From assembly GCA_002269645.1 (NCBI GenBank), contig NIVC01000954.1, positions 1 through 64,000 of the forward strand: a stretch of DNA of 64,000 nt, read 5' to 3'. The position numbers were made by a program, and so were the translations under genes. Source of the DNA: Macrostomum lignano (taxonomy: Eukaryota). The notes beneath the pieces were generated by a model. That model worked only from the letters and a program-made list of their open reading frames with translations. It did not search any database and was not told the DNA's origin. Shown here piece after piece: positions 53,847-64,000 of the stretch; the stretch's first letter is position 1, and each line of letters starts with the position of its first letter.

Positions 53847-55066
53847 CTGAAAGAAGAAAGTTGTGCAACTAATATTAGCTGTGTGACTGGCTGTCTGTAA
53901 TGTGTCGTCTGTACATAGACTGCACTGCTCGTATAAATTCTCAATAGGCTAATCACGAACAGTACTTTGAGTTGGTATTTGACTACCTTATCAACTTTTA
54001 TAAATTAAATGGAATTAAATTAATTATAAATTAAGTGATAATTAATTATTTACTATTTATATGCGTATGTTATAGATTAGCTGCTAACTCAAAGAAGTTT
54101 CTGGAAATAGTTTTTGACTTTTAGAAATCTGAAGAAATTTCGGGAAAGTTATTAAAGTACGCTACAATAATAGCAATTGAAATAAAAGTATAAAAAACAT
54201 TAGCTTCCTGCTTTTTGTAAGGCTAATTTTTCATATCAACAAGGTCTCAATGAAGTTTTTGTTTAGCTATATTTATTCCAGCTTTTAAAAAGGCTATGCC
54301 ACTATGTACATGATTTATAATAATATTCTTAGAGAATATAAAAGTACCCATTAGTCAAATTACCAATAAATATACACACACTATATATAGATTAGGCAAC
54401 AAAAAGATTCTTAGTATTTCTATAATAAACAAAATTTAGTGCAATCTTTGCTGTTGAAAAGAAAACCATATTTATTTGTATCACATATATTAAAGCACCA
54501 TATCCATATCCGTCAAATTTCCAAATAAATGATACACAATTCAGTCTCGCGTCAGACTATTCCAGCAAGGATCACTATATAATAGTATTAACAGGACGCA
54601 AAACTCTAAAATGGTGCAAAATCATTAAGGGCCAATTAGCCACTTAAATTAAATTAAATTAAAACTACGAACCTTAGTGGGCTATGATCATGTTTTAATT
54701 TAATCAAAGTTTATACATAACTGCAGTTGGAATATAATATTAAAAATATTTATAGAGCAAACATAAATAGCAGGTAAATATTTACTGCTAAAATACATCT
54801 TAATGACCAATATTTCTTAATCCTAAATTATCTTACGCCAAATATCCAAAATAAATAGTGCACAATTCAGTCTTGACGAGATCTCGTGCAGCAGGCTATC
54901 CCACACATTAAGTACCACTAGAGTATTTATAGGACGTAAAACTCAAACATGGTGTGAAATTTTTGAGGGCCAATTAGCCACTTGTCAAAGAGCATCCGCG
55001 TCGACCTTGTGCGGAGTATCCACTTTGGTTGTTGTGTAGTAAGGGTTGTTAACGGGGTTGTTGTTG

Positions 55067-55070
<4 letters not shown>

Positions 55071-55098
<28 letters not shown>

Positions 55099-58000
55099 CT
55101 CGGACCGGAGCTCTCAGGTGATCCACTGCGGGTGGGCCACCCTCAAGAACCTTATCACCATGTTCTCCTCGCGCAGATCCTTCAGTTCACGCAGACCAGT
55201 GTGCTGCCGAAGCCCGTCCCAACGCGCGCACGACCACCAGTGGTCTTTATCTTCTATGTCACCGCAGTCCTCGCAAACGCCTTCTGCTTCCAGACCAATC
55301 TTCTGCCTCCAGTACTTAGTGAGTCTGCAGTGACCAGACCTGAGCTGGGCTAAGATGGAAGCAACTTTCCTGCCACATTCCGCGCGTTCAATCACACCAC
55401 CGTACACCGAGCGCAGACGGGGGTCATTTATGCAGGGCCTCCACCGGTGCTTCAGGTGTCTGCGTAACGCCTCAAACTCAACGGCCGTCTGCCCTTGGGG
55501 CAAGAGCGCTGCCTGCTTTGCCAGCTCGTCGGCCCTCTCATTTCCAGCGATGCTGCAGTGGCCTGGGATCCACTGGAGGGTGATGCTGCACCATACACTC
55601 GTCCTCCTGAGCCTGTCAATCAAGTTAAATTGGCTCCTGTTTCCAGTGACCCTCTCGGTACCGGTGGCCAAGACGGCGGACTTGCTGTCAGTCAGGATGA
55701 GAGCGCTACTTGGCCTCAGCTCTTCCACAAGATCTAGCGCCAGGTGCAAAGCCGTTCTTTCCGCGATAAGGGAGCTACAGAATTCGCCCGCTGCAGCTAA
55801 CTTGCAGTACTCACGTTCATCGCACCAGGCGACACAGGCCGCTCCTCCGTTCCTTCCGTTTCCGTCTACAGAGCCGTCCGTGAAGATTTTCAACTCGACC
55901 TGACCTCTTTCCTGGATGGTTCGAGCCGCGTCTTCTGCGATGTCTTCATCACCCTTCTTGGCATTGCCGGATAGGTCGGGAAACAACCCGACCCCGTCGA
56001 GTCTGAGCCTTCTCCAAGGGGGGTGCCTTTTCCTCATGAATTCCTCCCTGGGAGCCTCGCTGATGGATCTACTTTCATACCTCGCTTGCTCGCGCCATCC
56101 CTTGTTTGCCTTAAGTCTCCTGGGGAGGACGATGTCGCACATATCACGCTTGAGGCTGGGTCGGGGCTCGCGCTCAGCTTTCTCCCATTCGAGAACGCAG
56201 CGCAGGATCGCTTTTTCGGAAATGGGCGGGATTCCTGTTTCCAGGTGAACCGCTTCCACCGGCGTTGATTTCACGAGCCCAGCTGTCAGACGGAGGGCTT
56301 CACGCTGCGCCCGCTCGATCTTTTGAACGTTGGTCTTCGAAATCCAGGGTAACCAAGCTGCCGCGGCGTACCAAACGCAGCTCTCAACGATCGCAGAGTA
56401 AACTTTCTTGAGACTCTCCGCCTGCCAGCCCCATTCCGTATTGGCCACCGCCTTGAGAACCCTGCTTCTTCGGCGCATTTTATCGACCACGGCGTCCGTG
56501 TGTTCCTGGAAATTGAGGCCACGGTCGATGCGCACTCCCAGGTACTTAAGCGAGACTTTCCCCGCGATCTCCTTTCCGCTAATCCAGAGCTTCGGGTGGC
56601 GATTTTTGTCTTTCGTGGACTTGCTGAAGAGGCAGGATTCGCACTTCCCTGGGTTCAGCTCAATTTTAAGGCCATCCGCCCAGCCGCCGATCTTATCCAG
56701 CGCACGCTGCAGGCGTTTAGTGATCTCCTCGGTGTCATCTCCGCTGCACCAGACTGCCAGGTCATCCGCGAAGCCGCCGTACTGCACTCCCTCCTCTTTC
56801 ACACCGGTCCAACCATTTACATACAGGAGGAACAGAACAGGGGAGCTCACCGCGCCCTGCGGGAGACCTTCCTGGAGGCGTCTGTATTTGCTGTTGCCGT
56901 CCCCGGCACGGACTCTGGCTTGTCTTCCTTCCAAGAAGCTAGCAAACCACCTTGTGATCCTGGCTGGGACGCCCTCCTCCATCATTCTCTCAAGGAGTTT
57001 CACTCTCCAAACTTTTTCGAACGCTTTCGAACAGTCCAATGTCACGGCCAGAGTTTTTTTTGGTTTTTTGCTCTCCCAGCCGTCTTGAATGTGCTGCACA
57101 AGCCTGAGCACCTGTTCCTCGGTGCTTCTGCCCCTCTGGAAGCCGGCTTGCCAGGGCTGAATGATGTTATTCTCCTCCAGCCAGAAGTACAACCTGTTCA
57201 CGACCATCCTTTCCATGAGCTTGGCGCAGACCGGAGTTAGGCTGACCGGTCTGTAGGATTCCTTCGCCGCTGGGTCTTTGCCGGGTTTAAGCAACGGAAC
57301 GATTTCCGCTTTCTTCCAGGACCCAGGGCATAGCTCATCTGCCCAGCTTCTGTTGAAAACATCCAACCATCTCTGACGGCCTACTACGGAGAGGTTTTTA
57401 AGAAGCCGAACTTCAACTCCGTCAACTCCCCCCTTCTTCGTTGGGTCCATCAGCTTGAGCGCATCATCCATCTCATCCATAACGAATGGTGTGTCAAACT
57501 CCTGGTGCGCGTTATAGGCTCTTAGTCTTCTAGCCACCTCCACCCGCTTGACCCGGTCCGCCTTCCCGATCTTGACCTTACTGTTATCAGCGTACATGCT
57601 AACGAACACAGCCGCCTTTTCGACATCCGATCTGGCTTCGCGCCCTTTGTCAGCTAAAATTTGGTTAGGCGGGGCAGTATCTCTAGCTGAGTACAGTGAT
57701 TTGATGGTACTCCAGGTCTTCTTCCCGTCGTCGTTTTCTTTAAGGCTTTCCACATGTTCGGCCCAGAAGGACCGCTTCTTTTCCCTGATTTTAGCCTCCA
57801 GGTTCCTGTTTACCTCCAACCACTTTTCTCTGCTGACAGTCGTGCTTCTAGAGCAGTTGTCCCGCTCATTCTGCAGAGCGCTCAGTTCATCGTCCCAAAA
57901 AGGTTTGTACTTTCCTCCCACTTTCTTCTTAGGGATGCTCAACTCCGCCGCCTTGACCATGGCTGCACTCAGCCCTCTGACCTCGGCTGCTAACTCGGTC

Positions 58001-58729
58001 CTTGGCACTTTCTCGAACAGATCATCCGCATTACGTTGGAACTCCGAGAAGTCCGCTTTCTTCCACGCCCAGTTTAGCTTGGTCTTCTTTTGCCGGATTT
58101 CTCTCCTGGTAGCCACGGTGACCAGGATGGGGAGATGGTCTGAGCCGAGACCTTCGAGGGTTTTCCACTCGCAGCGCTCCGCCAGCTCTCCCGCCGCCAA
58201 CGAAATGTCCGGGACGCTGGTCCGTCCTGTACGCCAATCCACGCGCGTCGCGGCTCCATCGTTTAGGATCCTGTAGTCAAATTCTTCGCACCAGGATTCC
58301 AGCTCTAAAGCCTCCCTTCTGCTGTCTCTTCCTTGGTCGTCGCAGCTTCCCCAGCTTCTGCTGTGTAGGTTTAAGTCGCCGAGAATCAGCTCTCTTCTGT
58401 CTGGTTTAAGCCAGCTCCAGACACTATCATCCTCCCTGTCGTCACTGCCTTCGACAGTGCGCACAGGGGGCGGTAAACATTAGTGATGACACACCTTTCC
58501 TTCCTGTTAACGTCCACGATCACGCGGCAGCCCTCCGTGGTAGTGCCTTTCCAGCCTGTCCAGCGCTTGAAAGGAAGATTGTGCTTGATCAGGGTGATCA
58601 GGCCTCCCCCTTTAGACTTATCGCTTCTGCGGATCTCCACCCTGTCCTTCCTGGCGGTGGTGTAGCCGGCGAAGCGGGGGGTTGGCGACTCGCTGTCAAG
58701 TTTAGATTCCTGAATGACAGCCACGTCAA
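55071..58729 (-). mobile_element. Non-LTR retrotransposon (I-group type: APE-RT-RNase H), 5'-truncated, with (CA)n tail and 11-12-bp TSD
   Basis: TSD TGTTGTTGCTGT at 55059-70 and 58730-41; (GT)n on + at 55071-97; 16-nt 3' UTR after the stop codon. Confidence 0.93.
55114..58729 (-). CDS. LINE polyprotein: APE endonuclease, reverse transcriptase, RNase H and C-terminal Cys motif (one 1-nt frameshift near 58466-70)
   Basis: IDVAVIQES, NVYRP, GDLNLH, GSDHLPI; RT YRPVSL, QAGFQRGRS, GLPQGAVSSP, FADDL, KYLGV; RH IFTDGSV, AERTAL, LTDSKS, WIPGH..GNERAD; LRSGHC...C..CG...H...C. Confidence 0.92.
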
Positions 58730-59195
58730 TGTTGTTGCTGTTGTTGTTGGGGTTGTTGTTGTTGTTGTTGGGGTTGTTGTTGTTGGGGTTGTTTGTTGAT
58801 GGGGTTGTTGTTGTTGTTGGGGTTGTTTTTGTTGTTGGGTAGTGGTTGCGTAATGTGGGGGGCCGCTGCCCCCCACACCCCCGCTCCCCCACCCCTCCCC
58901 GCGTGTTGTTGGGTAGGGGTTGCGTAATGTGGGGGGCCGCTGCCCCCCACACCCCCCGCGTGTTGTTGGGTAGGGGTTGCGTAATGTGGGGGGCCGCTGC
59001 CCCCCACACTCCCCCACCCCTCCCCTCGTGTTGTTGGGGGGGTTTGCGAAACGTGGGGGCTGCCGCCCCCACACCCCCGCTCCCCCACCCTCCCGCGCGT
59101 TGTTGTTGGGAGGGTGGTTGTTGTTGTGGGGTTTGCGTAACGTGGGGGCTGCCGCCCCCACACCCCGCTCCCCCACCCCACCCCTCCGCAACTTT
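58720..59195 (+). repeat. (GTT)n/GGGG low-complexity tract plus ~55-60-bp repeats containing GC hairpins
   Basis: GTGGGGGGC-CGCT-GCCCCCCAC repeated three times and GTGGGGGC-TGCC-GCCCCCAC twice; homologous tract at 61660-61920. Confidence 0.9.
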
Positions 59196-61012
59196 TCCCA
59201 CCTCTAACATCTTTTTAGCATGCTAAAACTGCTTGTAAGCCTTTGGCGACCGCGCAACACATGATACTTGCCGATATGTATCGTAATATTCTTTCTGCAC
59301 TAACAAATCATCTGTGCCGCACTTTCAGCTTCACTCTTACTCTTTAATAAGGTATAGAAGGAAAGGAAAATTAAACAATCAATATTAAATTATATTCAAG
59401 TGAAAGAGAATTGAAAATACTAATAAATCCGTTCCTGCTAAAAAAATTAAGTATAAAAAAACATGGCCCACTTGGGAATCGAACCCGTGTTCAGGCCATT
59501 TACAAAGCAACTGCCTTCGCCCCCGATACATCTCTCGCTTAAGCGAAGCTCTACAGTGCACGCATTTTATATCAAATATTCCCTATGGTAGCCACTTATA
59601 CGATTTTTGCTGCTTTTTCATACATTTCTGCTCGCTGCATCGCAACGCCTTAACCTAAAAATACGAGTCGCATGTCGTTACAGTGATAACATCAAGGCGC
59701 ATTCATCCAATGCATTTTCAAACTATGTCAACAAATTTTACGGCTGCCAGGCGCCACAATATGAATTTTCACCTGTTCTGACAGGTATCCAAACAGGTAT
59801 TAAGACCTGTTAACTTAAGAATCAGTTTTCAAAACTAATTTAGTTGCATAGTGCATCCATAGTGATGTTTTTAGACACCAAAATTGAGTCTCTAGGCCTT
59901 GCCAATGCAGAGTTATTAGCAAAAGTATGCTCAAAATTTGCCTAAAAATGGCCTACTCAAAATTCAGAGTCAATTTTCTCAAAAATACGAATTTTCCAGC
60001 CATATTGGCGTATGACCGGTGAAACTTTAGCTATTCGACTAAACAATATTGAAAATGCAGAAAAATCAGTGCGCAAAATTTCTTATTTTTCCACTCCAAA
60101 GTTTGTACCCCCAAATGGGCCGTTTTTCAATTAACAGGTAAAAAGTACCTGTTAACAGGGGTTTTTTCAGGAGTGTCTTATGTCATTCAAAAGGGCATCC
60201 GATGGGCTACAATTTGACACTACACTCGAAAAAATTCGCCCCATTTTAAAAAAATTTCCTTAACAACGTTTGATTTTCTGCAGAGCCCCCGGCCTCTTTT
60301 TTCCCTGGTTTTCGGGTCACTGCTCCGCACAGGTAGGTCCAAATGCTAAAAAAATTCAGGAAAAAAAGTTTCCATATGTTTGACACTTTGTGTTAAAGTC
60401 TCAACACCGTAGCATAAAACACTTTCTTATTTTTTGGGACTACTTTTTAAAAACGTGACCCAATTTTTCAAAAATTCAGGCACTTTTTAGGCACTTTTTG
60501 GCACCTGGGCAGGTTATTGATGGCCAAATCGGCCAAATCTCGGTGTTTCCGAATAGAAGACATCCATTTGAGTAATTTGGTGTAGAAATATTAAAAAAAT
60601 AAAGTTTTTAATCTCGACGAGATAGGCCTCTAAAAAGTGCACTAAAATTTTGTACTTTTAAAGTGCAGATAGGCAGCCATGTGAAAAGTACATTTTAGCC
60701 AAAAAAACTACAGCGCATCAGACAGCCCAAAGTGTTGTCAACGCTAGGAGGCAGCTCAAAGGCCGCGCGAAAGCGCGTCCTTTTCGCTGCGGTGAGGCAA
60801 AGTTGAAAAAAATGCCTAATTTTTTACCTCAAAAAACACGTTTTTTGTACTTTTACCTGTGAAGTGAAAGTACAATCAAAAAATCCATTTCAGATCATTG
60901 TAGCGTTCAAATGCCCGCGTCTATTGAGCACACTCACTAAGCGCTGCCATAATTTCCTGCCGCTGTAATTGAGATCAATTTTTTTGAAAAAGTTGAAAAA
61001 ACGCAGTTTTTG

Positions 61013-61048
61013 GTTGCCATGGCAACCAAAACGCGTTGCCATGGCAAC
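61013..61048. promoter_or_regulatory. Two perfect RFX X-box-type palindromes GTTGCCATGGCAAC
   Basis: Exact matches at 61013-61026 and 61035-61048. Function is not demonstrated. Confidence 0.5.
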
Positions 61049-61286
61049 CAACTATTGTGCATCCGATAGCGCTAGGTCTTTGACACATTTTGGCAAAAAC
61101 TGTTTGTAAATCGGTCGCACCGTTTTTTATTGGCAGCGTTTAAAAGTTGAAAAACGTCATTTTTAGTGTGTGCAACCGCGTTACATCTTATCAGGGACGA
61201 TTTCGCAAAAGTAAGCACCATAGAAAAAAATTCTCGCTTCGCTCGCATTTTTTTCTATACTACTTACTGGCTCCATCGTCCCACAA

Positions 61287-64000
61287 CTAGTGAATGAAGA
61301 CGCTGTCGTCTTCAAAGGTGGGACGATGGTTTATATATTGTTCGTAACTTTTATGGCCTAATTTTAAATTTAAAAAAAAACTAAGAAGCTTAGTTGATTA
61401 TAATTTAATTTAAACAAAGTTTAAGCATAACTGTTTAAAAAATTAATAAAAATACTTATGATGGTTTATTATGTCCATTATTGTTTATGGCTTAATATAA
61501 TTTTTTAAAAAAACTAAGAAGCTAAGAACTAAATAGCTTAATGGGCTACATTTTCAATTTGATTTAAACAAAGTTTATACATAACTGTGGAAATATAATA
61601 ATAAAAAATATTTTATTAGATTACAAGAATATCCACTCTGCTGTTGTGTAGAAAGGGTTGTTAAGGCGGTTGTTGTTGTTTGTTGGTTGTAAAAGGGGTT
61701 GTTGTTGTTGGGGTTTTTGTTGTTGTTGGGGTTGTTGTTGTTGTTGTTGGGGGTGGTTGTTGTTGGGGGTTTGCGTAACGTGGGGGCTGCCGCCCCCACA
61801 CCCCCGCTCCCCCACCCCTCCCGCGCGTTGTTGTTGGGGAGGGTGGTTGTTGTTGTGGGGTTTGCGTAACGTGGGGGCTGCCGCCCCCACACCCCCGCTC
61901 CCCCACCCCACCCCTCCGCAACTTTTCCCACCTCTAACACATCTTTTTAGCATGCTAAAACTGCTTGTAAGCCTTTGGGTTTTGGCGACCGCGCAACACA
62001 TGATACTTGCCGATATGTATCGTAATATTCTTTCTGCCCTAACAAATCATCTGTGCCGCACTTTCAGCTTCACTCTTACTCTTTAATAAGGTATAGAAGG
62101 AAAGGAAAATTAAACAATTAATATTAAATTATATTCAAGTGAAAGAGAATTGAAAATACTAATAAATCCGTTCCTGCTAAAAAAATTAAATATAAAAAAA
62201 GAACTTGGCCCACTTGGGATTCGAACCCCTGTTTAGGCCATTTACAGAGCAACTGCCTTCGGCCCCGATCCATCTCTCGCTTAAGCGAAACTCTACAGTG
62301 CACGCGCTTTATATCGAATATTCCCTATGGTAGCCACTTATACGATTTTTGCTGCTTTTTCATACATTTCTGCTCGCTGCATCGCAACGCCTTAACCTAA
62401 AAATACGAGTCGCATGTCGTTACAATCAAAACATCAAGGCGCATTCATCTAATTCATTTTCAAATTATGTCAACAAATTTTTTCGGCTGCTAGGCGCCAA
62501 ATTATGAATTTTTACCTGTTCTGACAGGTATTCAAACAGGTATTAAGACCTGTTAACCTAAGAATCAGTTTTCAAAACTTATTTAGTTGCATAGTGCATC
62601 CATAATGCTGTTTTTAGACACCAAACTTGAGTCTCTAGGTCTCGCCAATGCAGAGTTATTAGCAAAAGTATGCTCAAAATTTGCCCGAAAATGGCCTACT
62701 CAAAATTCGGAGCCAATTTTCTCAAAAATACGAATTTTCCAGCCATATTGGCGTATGACCGGTGAAACTTCAGCTATTCGACTAAACAATATTGAAAATG
62801 CAGAAAAATCGGTGCGCAAAATTTCTTATTTTTCGACTTCAAAGTTTGTACCCCAAATGGGCCGTTTTTCACTTAACAGGTAAAAAGTACCTGTTAACAG
62901 GTATTTTTTCCAGAGTGTCTTGCGCCATTCGAACGGGCATCCGATGGGCTACAATTTGACACCACACTCGAAAAAATTCGCCCAGTAATAAAAATTTTTC
63001 TTTAACAACATATGCTTTTTTGATCGAGTCCCCCGGCCTCTTTTTTCCCCGGTTTCCGGGTCACTGCTCCGCACCGGTAGGTCCAAATGCTTAGAAAATT
63101 TAGGAAAACAAATTTCCATATGTTTGACACGTTTTGTTAAAATCTCAACACCGTAGCTTAAAACACTTTCTTATTTTTGGAGACTACTTTTTGAAAACGT
63201 GACCCAAATTTTCAAAAACACTCTTTTTGACCCTTGTAGCCATATAGAGCAGCAATGAATGGCCCAATCAAGCAGATCTCAGCATTTCCGAATAAAAGAC
63301 ATCCATTTGAGTGATTTGGGTTGAAAAATTGAAAAAATCAAGATTTGCATCTGTATAGGATAAGCCTCTTTAAAGTGCACAAACGGTTTGTACTTTTAAA
63401 GTGCAGATAGGCAGCCATGTCAAAAGTACATTTTAGCCCAAAAAATTATAGCGCATCTAAAAGCCCCAGGTGTTGTTGACATTAGGCAGCAGCTCAAAAG
63501 CCGCGCTATTGCGCGTCCTTTTCGCTGCAGTACGGGCAAGGTTGAAAAACATGTACAAAAAATTGGCCGAAAAATTGCATTTTTAATAATCAGATGCAGT
63601 TTGCTCAAAAATACGAATTTTCCAGCCATATTGGCGTATGACCGGTGAAACTTTAGCTATTCGACTAAACAATATTGAAAATGCAGAAAAATCGGTGCGC
63701 AAAATTTCTTTTTTTTCGACTTCAAAGTTTGTACCCCCAAATGAGCCGTTTTTCACTTAACAGGTAAAAAGTACCTGTTAACAGGGGTTTTTTCCAGAGT
63801 GTCTTATGTCATTCAAAAGGGCATCCGATGGGCAACAATTTGACACTACACTCGAAAAAATTCGCCCCATTTTAAAAAAATTTCCTTAACAACGTTTGAT
63901 TTTCTGCAGAGCCCCCGGCCTCTTTTTTCCCTGGTTTCCGGGTCACTGCTCAGCACAGGTAGGTCCAAATGCTTAGAAAATTTAGGAAAACAAATTTCCA
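61287..64000 (-). mobile_element. Helitron2/Helentron-like unit A (runs off the window), joined head-to-tail to unit B
   Basis: Identical 3'-end structure at 61287-61329; extensive similarity to 54650-55070 and 58740-60830; internal duplication at 62720-63130 / 63603-64000. Confidence 0.78.

Larger units (their letters stand above)
52755..61286 (-). mobile_element. Helitron2/Helentron-like non-autonomous unit B (with internal insertions)
   Basis: 5' end TT-GTGGGACGATGG (61286-61273). The 3' end has the complementary subterminal IR CCATCGTCCCAC (52797-86), hairpin GAAGACG-acag-CGTCTTC and CTAG (52758-55), followed by TT. Confidence 0.78.

Noticed and set aside
59461-59530. Bona fide tRNA gene
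   Set aside because: The B-box is present but acceptor, D and anticodon stems cannot be folded; kept only as a tRNA-like relic.

Overview
Eukaryotic (animal) genomic DNA. The composition, spliceosomal introns and transposon set suggest a repeat-rich invertebrate, possibly a flatworm such as Macrostomum; this is inference only. Left third (534-21151, +): a five-exon Mad/Mxi1 (Mxd)-family bHLH-Zip repressor gene of about 384 aa. It has a SID-like motif, a bHLH-Zip split over three exons and a DSGYAS C-terminal motif, and its introns are packed with more than a dozen mini/microsatellite arrays. The remainder is a dense transposon nest whose ends can mostly be read from the sequence: (1) a 699-bp long-TIR MITE with an 8-bp TSD; (2) a Ty3/Gypsy LTR retrotransposon with a -1 frameshift signal, three pol stops and a deleted 5' LTR; (3) a decayed Merlin element containing a near-intact 6-kb CACTA/EnSpm element (transposase plus an intact five-exon accessory gene) and an unclassified 8-bp-TSD element that itself contains a Sola2-like element; (4) a deleted Helitron interrupted by a 1.5-kb foldback element with a 9-bp TSD; (5) a head-to-tail array of Helitron2/Helentron-like units. 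One of those units carries a near-intact RNase H-bearing LINE, a spliced RGG+CCHC gene fragment and two perfect RFX X-box palindromes. No rRNA, true tRNA or CRISPR array was found. Most long ORFs in the supplied track are artefacts of tandem repeats.
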